Below, in pieces: positions 53,198 to 64,000 of a stretch of 64,000 nt of DNA (position 1 is the stretch's first letter; the number at the start of each line of letters is the position of its first letter). Both the position numbers and the translations under genes were made by a program. Below the pieces are notes generated by a model. The model saw only the letters and a list, made by a program, of their open reading frames with translations, ran no database searches and was not told the DNA's origin. The stretch is taken from NCBI GenBank assembly GCA_963695875.1, contig CAVOID010000015.1, positions 18,243 to 82,242 of the forward strand, read 5' to 3'. The stretch is from an uncultured delta proteobacterium. Lineage in GTDB: Bacteria > Desulfobacterota > Syntrophia > Syntrophales > UBA2185.

Positions 53198-53947
53198 ATG
53201 AGAGTTATCTTCCTGGGCACCAACGGCTGGTATGATACTGATACCGGTAACACTATCTGCATACTTATAAGAACAACGGATTATGAGATTATATTGGATG
53301 CCGGAAATGGATTTTATAAAATAGACCAGTATATCCCGAAAGGGAATTCGAAGCCCGTCTATCTCTTCCTAAGCCATTTTCATTTAGACCACATCGTAGG
53401 CTTACATACACTGATGAAATTCGATTTCTCCCTTGGTCTGACCATTTGCGGTCCAACCGGCACGAGGGACATCATGGGAACATTTATCAATAACCCTTTC
53501 TCGGCGTCCTTTTCACAACTCCCATTCTCAGTAATCATATATGAACTGCCTGAAGAACACTCTAAGCTTCCCTTCAGAGTTGAAGCCAAAGAACTCTACC
53601 ATGCTTCCCTTACTTTAGGATACAGGATCGAGATAGAAGGGAAGGTGATAAGTTACTGTCCTGATACAGGTTACTGTGAGAATGCCGTCGATCTAGCTAG
53701 ATCGTCAGATCTCTTGATAGCTGAATGCGCATATAAAAAAGGTCAGTCCTCTGAAAGCTGGCCGCATCTTAACCCGGAAACTGCTGCAAGGATTGCCAGG
53801 GAAGCCAAAGCAAAAAGTTTAGCCCTTGTTCACTTCGATGCTGAAACATATAAAACTATAGCGGAAAGAAAAGAATCAGAGAGGGTGGCCCAAGAAATAT
53901 TCAAGAACGCATTTATAACAACCGATACTATGGCAATAGAAATATAA
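53198..53947 (+). CDS. Metallo-beta-lactamase-fold hydrolase (RNase Z-like)
   Basis: FLGTNG, LDAGNG, SHFHLDH, PDTG, LVHF. Confidence 0.88.
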   Translation: MRVIFLGTNGWYDTDTGNTICILIRTTDYEIILDAGNGFYKIDQYIPKGNSKPVYLFLSHFHLDHIVGLHTLMKFDFSLGLTICGPTGTRDIMGTFINNPFSASFSQLPFSVIIYELPEEHSKLPFRVEAKELYHASLTLGYRIEIEGKVISYCPDTGYCENAVDLARSSDLLIAECAYKKGQSSESWPHLNPETAARIAREAKAKSLALVHFDAETYKTIAERKESERVAQEIFKNAFITTDTMAIEI

Positions 53948-53980
53948 GCTCCGGCGCACTCAGGATTAAGGAGAGCTTTC

Positions 53981-54370
53981 ATGGTGAAAAAAATACTGGT
54001 AGTCGATGACGACGCATCGGTTCGGGATTTGCTTAAAGATACTTTCTGTAATGAAGGTTATAAAGTCCAACTGGCAGAAGGGGCCGAGCCGGCCTTTGAA
54101 ATTCTGAAAGAAGAAAACATTAAGGTCATATTTCTGGATCTCAAGCTATTCGGGATGAACGGCATAGAGCTGTGCAAACAAATAAAGAAAAACAACCCCA
54201 CTGCTATTATCTTCGCGATGACCGGCTGGGCAGCATTATACGATATAGAGGAATGCAGGGAGGCCGGATTCGATGACTTCTTCACAAAACCGGTCCAGAT
54301 TGATATGCTTTTGAAGGCTGTTGATGATGCATTTGAAAAGCTCGATCGCTGGCGAATAAAGTATCGTTAA
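53981..54370 (+). CDS. Single-domain response regulator
   Basis: ILVVDDD, FLDLKL..MNG, MTG, KP. Confidence 0.9.
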   Translation: MVKKILVVDDDASVRDLLKDTFCNEGYKVQLAEGAEPAFEILKEENIKVIFLDLKLFGMNGIELCKQIKKNNPTAIIFAMTGWAALYDIEECREAGFDDFFTKPVQIDMLLKAVDDAFEKLDRWRIKYR

Positions 54371-54420
54371 TTTCTTTAAAACGAGATGCCCTGTTCGAGC
54401 TTCTCGTCGAATCGGTGCTC

Positions 54421-55215
54421 TTATTTTTGCATATTAAATGATTCCGCGGCATATTTATACTGCATCGGCAGCAGAATGATACTTATCCTTCTGTTACGCG
54501 GGTCATTCGGGTAAAGCTTGATCAACAAATCGTTATCCGCATATCCTATTACTTTGGCAATCCTGTCCGGCGTTATTCCGTCATTTTCAAGAACCCTTCT
54601 TGCCGCCGACGCCCTGGCGGTAGAGAGTTCCCAGTTAGTCATTTCACCGCCTCTATAAGGAAGCGCATCGGTATGTCCTTCAACAACAATTTTATTTGGT
54701 GTCTCTTTTATCGTTTCAGACACCAGCGACAGTATTTCTAACGCCTTGTCGGTGGGCTTTGCACTGCCCAGAAGAAACATTTGGCTCCCCTCATTATCTA
54801 CAATCTGGATCCTGACAGCTCCTTCATGAACATCGACGAGAACCTGATCTTTCAGTGTTTTTAGGTTCGTGTCCACTGCTGTTTTAATTTTTGTTTTCAA
54901 TTTCTCAGGAGATATCTCTTCTTTCTTCCCCGGTGCCACATCCGAAGTTCGGCCCAGACCCCTTTGTTCAAGGATTCCCGCTCCCCCCCTTGTAAACGTC
55001 TCCCCCTGTTCTTTGAAAACGTTGAATTCCTTGAAGTACTGCGATAATGCGGCCCTTCTGTCAGGAGATACCATTGAGAGTAACCAGAGCAGTAAAAAAA
55101 AGGCCATCATCGCCGTAACAAAGTCCGCATAGGCAACCTTCCATTGTCCACCATGGTGTGCCGCATGTTTCTTTATCTTCTTGACAACAATGATAGGTCT
55201 TAATCTTTCAGCCAT
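54421..55215 (-). CDS. motB: Flagellar stator protein B
   Basis: WKVAYADFVTAMMAFF, EGHTD, NWELSTARA, NRRI. Confidence 0.94.
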   Translation of the reverse strand: MAERLRPIIVVKKIKKHAAHHGGQWKVAYADFVTAMMAFFLLLWLLSMVSPDRRAALSQYFKEFNVFKEQGETFTRGGAGILEQRGLGRTSDVAPGKKEEISPEKLKTKIKTAVDTNLKTLKDQVLVDVHEGAVRIQIVDNEGSQMFLLGSAKPTDKALEILSLVSETIKETPNKIVVEGHTDALPYRGGEMTNWELSTARASAARRVLENDGITPDRIAKVIGYADNDLLIKLYPNDPRNRRISIILLPMQYKYAAESFNMQK

Positions 55216-56075
55216 TATTTCCTTACCTTCCTCACAGCTTCCTCAACTTCTATAAAGCTAGGCCTCTGCTTTGCCGGAATGACCCTCCGTCCGAATTCGA
55301 TCGCAACCATTGGTGCTGCATTATTGCTTACAAAGGACTTGAGGGCAATTTTCAGGACATTCAAATATTGTAGTTCTTCCTGAGCAATAAATTCCAGGTT
55401 CTTTGCAACAGGCCCTACAAAGCCATAGCACATCAAGACCCCGAGGAACGTACCTACCAGTGCCGCTCCAATACTGTGTCCCAAAACCTCCGGCGGTTCA
55501 CCTATCTTCCCCATGGTTAAGACGACCCCTAATACGGCAGCTACGATACCAAGTCCGGGTAAGGCATCTGCTGTGGTCGCCATGCTTTTCGACGGTATCA
55601 GGGCATCTTCATGATGTTCTTCCAGTTCAGTCTCCATCAGTGATTCCAGCTCGTGTGGCTCAATCGTAGTCGTTATGACCATTCTCAATGTATCCGTAAT
55701 AAAGGTAATGGCATGGTGGTTTTTAAGGATCTTCGGATAATTTTTGAAAATTGAACTTTCGTCCGGCGCATCCACATCGCCTTCAATAGACACCAAACCC
55801 TGCTTTCTGATCTTGTAAAATATCTCGCTCAATAACATCAGGATTTCCAGGTAATCAGCTTTTAAATAGGGTTTGTTATTGAATATTGTTAAAACGCTGC
55901 CCGCGGTTGATTTAATTACCCTCATAGGTGATGCAATCAGAAAGGCTCCAAAGGCTGCACCAAATATAATAAGCACCTCGGCAGGCTGGAGCAGAACATA
56001 AAGGTTACCGTGCTCCATGAGATAGCCGCCGGCGATGGCCCCTGTAACAACTATGAATCCTATCACAACTATCAT
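55215..56075 (-). CDS. motA: Flagellar stator protein A
   Basis: QPAEVLIIFGA, PGLGIVAAVLG, ALVGTFLG, EFGRR. Confidence 0.94.
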   Translation of the reverse strand: MIVVIGFIVVTGAIAGGYLMEHGNLYVLLQPAEVLIIFGAAFGAFLIASPMRVIKSTAGSVLTIFNNKPYLKADYLEILMLLSEIFYKIRKQGLVSIEGDVDAPDESSIFKNYPKILKNHHAITFITDTLRMVITTTIEPHELESLMETELEEHHEDALIPSKSMATTADALPGLGIVAAVLGVVLTMGKIGEPPEVLGHSIGAALVGTFLGVLMCYGFVGPVAKNLEFIAQEELQYLNVLKIALKSFVSNNAAPMVAIEFGRRVIPAKQRPSFIEVEEAVRKVRK

Positions 56076-56088
56076 ATATTATTTAAAA

Positions 56089-56613
56089 CTATCCCCTTTT
56101 CGCACTCAGGATCTCCCTCTGTCTTCTGAAGACGAATTTTATGATCTCATCTCTTATATCATCACTCATTTCCGTAAACTTGACGGCCGTATTGAAGTGA
56201 TCACCTTCCTGTTCAGACTTGACCACATCGCCATATAAGTAAAGAGCCACGTGAGGGTACATGTAAAGCAACATCTTTATTTCCAGGAAATCGCCCTTAT
56301 TGTACTTTCCCTTGGACTTGAAACCCATCCCGTTGCCGCTGATATTCAACATTTGGTAGGTTAAAGTGCTGAACCCTTCACGTTCGACCGAGAGGGAACT
56401 GATGATCGAGTCAAGTTTTGCATTTAACATATCAAGCCACTGTGCCAGAAGCTTGTCGTCCGGTTCAGGCGGTTTCGCAAAATCGTTTAGGACTGCCACT
56501 CCGGAAATTCGAGGTCTGCGGACCTGCCGCTCTGCCGGTGGAACGAGACGAATCTCAAATGGTAGATATGCAGTTACCCTGGCGTATTCTCTCTTGTCAT
56601 CAACATAATCCAT
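56089..56613 (-). CDS. PilZ-domain protein
   Basis: REYAR, NISGNG, IIKFVFRRQR. Confidence 0.85.
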   Translation of the reverse strand: MDYVDDKREYARVTAYLPFEIRLVPPAERQVRRPRISGVAVLNDFAKPPEPDDKLLAQWLDMLNAKLDSIISSLSVEREGFSTLTYQMLNISGNGMGFKSKGKYNKGDFLEIKMLLYMYPHVALYLYGDVVKSEQEGDHFNTAVKFTEMSDDIRDEIIKFVFRRQREILSAKRG

Positions 56614-56709
56614 AATCTAACTCCGATTTATGTAAGGGCCATAATCCTTCGACGATTTCGTAAAGAGTCTCCCTGCCCGCATCAGAGGCAGGCTTCTGCT
56701 GAAGAAAAC

Positions 56710-57177
56710 TTATTGCGGATCACCCATACATACATCCACCACGAATGGTCCTTCATCCATTTCAAAAGGAATAACAACGCTGGGACCACCCAGCACATGC
56801 GTAATTGAATGTTCTTTACCTGAAACGACAGTCGGAATGGAGGCAGATAGACTATAGCCCATCGCTTCAATTTTTTTCCTTGCCGCACCGGATACCATAT
56901 TCGTGATCTCGCCAACAGCATCCCTGATATCCCCATTGATAGAGGTCATCTCCTCACCCAGCATGTTTGATACTATTTTAAGTATACTGCCAGCAGAGAA
57001 ACTCAAGGCAAGCGAACCCTTTATCGTTCCTGTGATACCGATAATTCCGGAAACATCACCTTTGGCTAAATTGTTCTTCTTGAGATAAGGCTTACCGGGC
57101 CTGGGGTTCACAAAGGCCATCGTTGTTAATACCTCAATGGTTCCCTCCAGAAAGGGATTAATAAATTTAACATCCAT
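56710..57177 (-). CDS. cheX: Chemotaxis phosphatase CheX
   Basis: FINPF, DVSGIIGITG, DAVGEITNMVSG. Confidence 0.9.
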   Translation of the reverse strand: MDVKFINPFLEGTIEVLTTMAFVNPRPGKPYLKKNNLAKGDVSGIIGITGTIKGSLALSFSAGSILKIVSNMLGEEMTSINGDIRDAVGEITNMVSGAARKKIEAMGYSLSASIPTVVSGKEHSITHVLGGPSVVIPFEMDEGPFVVDVCMGDPQ

Positions 57178-57584
57178 GACTCAATGCCTTTCAAAATTAT
57201 TTGATAGTTCTTCATGATCTTGTCTATTTTTTCACCGAGGACTTCGTGAGTAAATGGTTTCACGATATAATCGTTCACACCGGCTTTAACCGCTTCCACC
57301 ACATTTTCCTTAAGGGACTCCGCTGTCACCATAAGAAAAGGCATTGCGCTCAGCTCACTATCTGACCTGACAGCCCTTAAAAGCTCAATCCCCGTCATAT
57401 TGGGCATATTCCAGTCGGAGATGACAAAATCTATTTTTGTCGACTTCAGTTCCTTCAAAGCAAGCACACCGTCCTCAGCTTCGGTAACATTTTCAAAGCC
57501 GGACTGTTTCAAAAGGTTCCTTATAACTTTTCTCATTGTTGCAAAGTCATCGACTACCAAGATTTTAATTTTTTTAACATCCAT
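57126..57584 (-). CDS. cheY: Chemotaxis response regulator CheY (3' end possibly extended by a sequence error)
   Basis: VVDDFATMRK, SDWNMPNM, MVTAE, VKPF. Confidence 0.9.
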   Translation of the reverse strand: MDVKKIKILVVDDFATMRKVIRNLLKQSGFENVTEAEDGVLALKELKSTKIDFVISDWNMPNMTGIELLRAVRSDSELSAMPFLMVTAESLKENVVEAVKAGVNDYIVKPFTHEVLGEKIDKIMKNYQIILKGIESWMLNLLIPFWREPLRY

Positions 57585-57638
57585 AATGCTTCCTCCCGCG
57601 TTAGATCAATTCCTCAAGTTTCTTTTACTTTGAAAACT

Positions 57639-59846
57639 TTACATTTCACTCAATTCGAATAAACCTTCCGGATCCAGTATCAATCCTATGTTCCCATCTC
57701 CCAGGATCGCACCGCCGGAAACCCCTTTTACATGTCTTAAGCTTTCACTGAGACCTTTAATGACAACCTCTTCTTGACCAATGATCTCATCTACCAGCAG
57801 GCATTTCGATCCGTTTTCACCATCAACAACCACGACTGTCGCTTCCCAGGGATTCCGGCAATCAGGTTCTATTTCGAATAGATCATGCAGCCGTACCAAA
57901 GGCAGAAGGTTACCCATAACATTTATAACCTCACCTCGACCGATGACAGTGTTGTAATATTCCTTATTGGGACGGAGCAATTTCCTGATCGCGACGGTAG
58001 GAACAATATATTTTTCGTGACCTACCCTCACAATCATTCCGTCTATAATGGCCATCGTCAGAGGGAAGCTTGTCACGAACGTTGTTCCTGACCCGTAATG
58101 ACTGTTGATCTCTATCTTCCCTCTCAATTTGTCTACCGCTTGCTTTACCACATCCATTCCGACTCCCCGGCCGGAAACATCCGTTATCTTTTCGGCCGTC
58201 GACAATCCCGGCAGCAAGATAAAACGATATATATCCTGATCTGAAAGGCCGGTTGCAGAATCAATAATCCCGTTTGTAAGGGCCTTGTTGAGTATCTTTT
58301 CTTTATTTAAGCCCTTCCCATCATCGGATATCTCAATCAAGATGTTACCGCCTTTATGGTAAGCCTTCAGCTGGATTGTGCCTGTCTCTTTCTTACCCGC
58401 TTTTATTCGCTCCTCCGGAGATTCAATGCCATGATCCACTGCATTTCTGATCAGGTGGACAAGAGGGTTATAAATCTCCTCCACCATATTCCTGTCTATT
58501 TCCGTATCCTCACCAACTGTGACTACATTAACCGCTTTTCCGGCGGATTTTGACAGATCTCTGACCAAACGAGACATCCTCTGAAACGTCTGCTTTATGG
58601 GAATCATCCTCAAACTCGTGGATGTCCTCTGCAACTCCGATGTGATACTGGCACAGCTGGGAGATATCTCTAAAAAATTTTCTGTCCGTATTCGACTGAA
58701 CGATAGGGCTCTGCCTGATCATCGACTGGGTAATGACCAACTCCCCCACCATGTCTATCAGATCATCCAGCTTCCTTGTATCCACTCTGATGGAAGTCGT
58801 ATCGACTACCTGACTTGTCTGTTTTCTCAGTGCCTGAGATACCTGTTTGGGAGTTGCTTTACCTTCGGCAATCAGTACTTCACCGATCTTTTTGTCGGGT
58901 GATGTCTTTGCAGCTTCGAGAGCTTCCTCCAGGGTATCTTCGGAAATGAGACCGTCTTCTACGAGAATTGCCCCTATCTTCTTCGGCTCTGACCTGTTCA
59001 TACTTACCCTCTTGCACACTTTTTATCCGTTTCTCCAATGACGGTATATCGATTTCAAGTGATGCATCTGCCTTGCCTTCCAGACGATCTTTCACCTGCC
59101 CGATCATTGCCTTCAAGGCATCAGCCCCGTCAAGAATAACATCAATAACCTGAGGCGTCACGGACAGTTCATTATTTCTCACCTTGTCAAGAAGATTCTC
59201 CAGATTATGGGCAAGATCACGAATCTTTTCCAGGTTGAGGAAGCTTGCCACACCTTTGATGGAGTGAAATGGTCTGAAGATGGTATTTACATAATCCTTG
59301 TTCTCGGGATCCTGCTCCAGATTCAAGATATTCACTTCAATCTCGTTGATATATTCAAGCCCTTCAATAATAAAATCCCTCAATAAAGATTCGTCCTGAG
59401 CTTCAACTTCTTTTCCTGTTGCGGCGCTTACTTCTTTGTCCGGCTCCTGCACATATTTCGACCGCAATTATTTTGGCTTCAACAGCAGGTGAGGTGCCCG
59501 TCAGGCGGCAAACAGATTCCATGAAACCACTTATGTCTCCCTGATAGCCACCAGTTTTGGTAAAACTCTGATCAATCTCCTGCATCATAGTTATACCCTT
59601 TTCGAAGGTGGCAAAGGCACTCTCGATATCTTTGATTTCATCGAGGATCTTCTTTTCTAAGAGACAGCTCAACCCTTTAGCTACGCAACACATAGGATCT
59701 ATCTTCAGAGTCTCGGCACCTTTGATAATAGCGTCAAGCTGATTGAGCAAGTTTCCGGCTGTCGGGATATCGATATCCCGATCTTCTAAAAACAAAAATT
59801 TCGAAGCAATTACATCGATTAATTTCAGCAATTCATTATGTGACAT
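57639..59846 (-). CDS. cheA: Chemotaxis histidine kinase CheA (frameshifts near 59455, 59000 and 58650)
   Basis: Hpt FRPFHSIKG, IRVDTRKLDDLIDMVGELVI, HLIRNAVDHG, SGRGVGMD, CheW-like tail. Confidence 0.9.
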
Positions 59847-59849
59847 TGT

Positions 59850-61345
<1,496 letters not shown>

Positions 61346-61798
61346 CCCCCACGCCGATTACTTCATAAAGAATTTTTCTGACATATTCAGGTGAAAAAGG
61401 TTTTCTGATAAACTCTTTTGCACCCATCTCCAAGACTACCTTCCTCCTCTCATCGCTGCCTTCCGTCGAGACAATAACGACAGGGATTTCTTTTAAGAGA
61501 CTATCCCCCTTCAAGGCCGCAAGCAGCTCCACGCCATTCATTTCCGGCATATTCAAGATCCGATAAAATAATGTCCACCCAGACCTTTGACAAAATTTCC
61601 AATGCCTGTTTTCCGTTCCCGGCCTCATAGCATTGATCCATTTTGAAACCTGAAAGCGTAATAATCTTTTTGATCACGGAACGCATTGAATTGGAATCGT
61701 CAACGATCAGGACGTTAAAAGACATTGTAGCACCTCATAATTATGATACTGAAACACTGTAAATATACTTCCCATAAAATCAGCACTCACTTTTATAT

Positions 61799-62408
61799 CT
61801 AAACTATACCAAGCAATTCCTTGGCGCGCTCAAGATCCCCCAGCATCGTCATGATGCATTCTTCGAAATCCCTTTGACGAAGTTTGAACCTGACGATCGC
61901 CTCAGATAATCCCTTGTATGCAAGTCCATCATTCCCCAGACCAATTCCCATCATGATACAGGCCTGATCGGCAAGATAAATGAGCCAGGCATTATTGTTA
62001 TCCCCGTCCGGCATCAAATCAGGTCTATGGTGGTAAACAATCGCATCCCGCATATCAGCGGGAAAATTCCACTGAGAAGCTATCTTCCCACCCAGTTCCG
62101 CATGATCGATGCCGATAACCTCTCCCTCCGCTTCAAGAAAAGAAATCCCCTTATGAGAAACGATATCATAAATTTTCATAAACGACTCATCGACAAATTC
62201 ACCCATGATAACTTTTCCGATGTCATGTAGAAGGGCTGTCGTATAAAGTCTGGCATCTTCACAATTAAAAATTCTTTTAGACAATATCTGGGACATCAGG
62301 GCAACACCCACAGAATGCTCCCAGAGTTTGTTCGCATCCAGACCATATCCCTTTGCTTTCTTGTAAAATTTTGATACGCCAGCAGCTTCGACAGCTCGGA
62401 CGACAGCA
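61799..62408 (-). CDS. HDOD-domain protein, 5' part missing at the junction
   Basis: LWEHSVGVA, LLHDIGK, DHAELG..WNFP..HHRP. Confidence 0.85.
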
Positions 62409-62657
62409 ACCTTGCACCCAGCCCGGGCCAAGCATGAAGTGATAGACGATCAGCTGACTCTTGCTGCCGAACAGATCGGACAGCGTTTCCCGGCCGTTCG
62501 GTCCTTCGAATACATAATTTTTGTCCACCTTCACCCATGGCAATGCACGCCGCGCTTCGCTCAGCTGATCGCGTGCTCTGGTAAAATCCTTTTCCTTGGC
62601 AAGCAGCGCCTTGCGCGCTGCCAGCCATTCATTCTGCGAAACGATAGCGTGTTGCAT
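62409..62657 (-). pseudogene. DUF899 (thioredoxin-like) protein N-terminus, cut at the junction
   Basis: WLAARKALLAKEK..RRALPWVKVDKNYVFEG..LFGSKSQLIVYHFMLGPGW..GC, then sequence of the HDOD gene. Confidence 0.8.
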
Positions 62658-62677
62658 GACTTACCTCCGCATGACTG

Positions 62678-63067
62678 TCAGGCTTTTGCCGGCGTCATCC
62701 AGCCGACGCCAGCCCCGCCGGGCTCTTTGAGAATTGCGATACGGCCGACGCCGGGAACGTCAAAGATCGGCCGCATCAGTGTCGCGCCGGCCGATTGGGC
62801 CTTTTTCACGCGGGCGTCGACGTCGTCGACGGCGAGATATGACATCCAGCTTTCGGGAACGCCGTCGAACTGCGGGCTGGTCGAGGAAAAAGGCCGCCGA
62901 CATAGTCGCCGCCCATCCTTCTTGGCAACCCAGTAGGTGCCATCGGGCATTGGCATGGGGTCGAAACTCCATCCGACCGTGGAGCTGTAGAACTTCTTCG
63001 CCTTCTCGGCGTCGCGGGTCATCAGCTCGTTCCAGTAGAAACGTCCATGGGACCATTCGTGTGGCAT
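62678..63067 (-). CDS. VOC/glyoxalase family protein
   Basis: WNELMTRD..KKFY..GW, WMSYLAVDDVD, DVPGVGRIA..EPGGA. Confidence 0.88.
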   Translation of the reverse strand: MPHEWSHGRFYWNELMTRDAEKAKKFYSSTVGWSFDPMPMPDGTYWVAKKDGRRLCRRPFSSTSPQFDGVPESWMSYLAVDDVDARVKKAQSAGATLMRPIFDVPGVGRIAILKEPGGAGVGWMTPAKA

Positions 63068-63082
63068 GGCCAACTCCTGTCA

Positions 63083-63525
63083 CTATTCTGAAAGATATTT
63101 GTCGAGTTTCTCCAACGCGCTGCTCCAACCACCCTGATGACGGTCGCGCGCGTCCGTGTCGAAGAATTGCTCGTGCAGCAGTGTCATGATCGTTCCGTCA
63201 CCGTCACGTTTGAACGTCAGTGTCACCAGCAATTCGCGCTCGGGTGTGGACTTCCAGGCCCAGGTGAAAACAAGTTTCTCGTTCGGGATGACCTCCCGGT
63301 AAACCCCGCTGACATCGTGGTCCTCGCCGTCCGGAGCTCTCATGACCCAGCGGTAGCGGCCACCGGTGCGCAGATCGTTTTCCGCGCTTAGAGCCTTGAT
63401 TTCGCCTGGACCCATCCAGCGTTTTACTTTTCCGGATCCGTCCATGCCGCGAAGACTTTTTCCGGCGGCGCGTTGAACCGTCGCTTGATGGTGAGGCTGG
63501 GTTTGACTGTGAGGGTGGTGGCCAT
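63083..63525 (-). CDS. SRPBCC/AHSA1-domain protein (frameshift near 63435)
   Basis: LTIKRRFNAPPEKVFAAWTDP, DLRTGGRY, EKLVFTW, HQGGW. Confidence 0.85.
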
Positions 63526-63855
63526 GTTTCTTCCTCCAAAAAGGCAGCAAGTTCGTCCAACCGGTCCGTCCCAGAACTTCTGGTAGCGGTTGAGCCAATC
63601 GTTGGCGTCGCGCATAGGTTCCGCCCGCAGGCGGCAGCTCACGATGCGGCCGCTCTTCTCGCGTCCGACAAGTCCGGCATCCGACAGAACGTCGAGATGT
63701 TTCATGACTGCCGGCAACGACATCGAGAACGGCTTGGCAAGTTCGCTGACCGAAAGGCTTTCGTCTTCACTCAACCGGGCGAGCAACGCGCGTCGCGTCG
63801 GATCTGCCAGCGCGCCAAAAGTGCGATCGAGGTTTGGTTTGGAATAGTAAACCAT
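63522..63855 (-). CDS. ArsR/SmtB-family regulator (3' end frameshifted, approximate)
   Basis: FGALADPTRRALL..SVSELA..SLPAVMKHLDVLSDAGLV. Confidence 0.88.
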
Positions 63856-64000
63856 TTGGTTAAGTATAGGGATATGCGTTTCGTTGTCAAGCGGATCGGC
63901 ATTTATCTTTCGTTGACCAAAAGGGATTAGAGGTAGCCGGAGATGGACCCTGTATCTCTCGCAACCGCTTTTGCCGGCGCTCAGATAAGCAGCGCGCAGA

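Noticed and set aside
62277..62657. Cys-rich DUF899 variant (GCCRPSCRSC) as a novel metal-binding protein
   Set aside because: The tail is out-of-frame HDOD sequence beyond the junction

Overview
The window looks like DNA from an anaerobic Desulfobacterota (Syntrophales-like) organism, inferred from gene content only. It carries many single-base frameshifts typical of an unpolished long-read assembly. (1) Left end: the 3' part of purA, tRNA-Lys(UUU) and an IS-end remnant. (2) An accessory region of about 25 kb with two convergent arms. The rightward arm is a PAS-LuxR regulator, RCC1 and IPT surface proteins, TpsA/TpsB, a TPR-CHAT protease, a CHASE2 nucleotidyl cyclase, DUF928, a cNMP-TM-rhodanese fusion, MauE/DoxX and a lipoprotein. 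The leftward arm holds three exported selenoprotein candidates that the ORF track truncates or misses: two rhodaneses and one HMA/MerP-like protein. All three have C-x-U followed by the same SECIS-like geometry (UGA, 16 nt, 5-bp stem, CGUGC loop). Diverged inverted copies of one ~400-bp luxR-3'/promoter module head the two arms. (3) Housekeeping-type genes: DUF401, pal, MarR, pfkA, MEMO-like, hydrolase, YcaO. (4) An acyl-CoA cluster: isobutyryl-CoA-mutase-type B12 mutase with MeaB, two acyl-CoA dehydrogenases, crt, hbd, thiolase, CoA-transferase, a membrane protein and a multi-PAS LuxR regulator. (5) A motAB/che cluster. (6) At about 62,410 an abrupt mid-gene junction into GC-richer, unrelated DNA, probably a chimera. 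No CRISPR array, rRNA, integrase or reverse transcriptase was seen.
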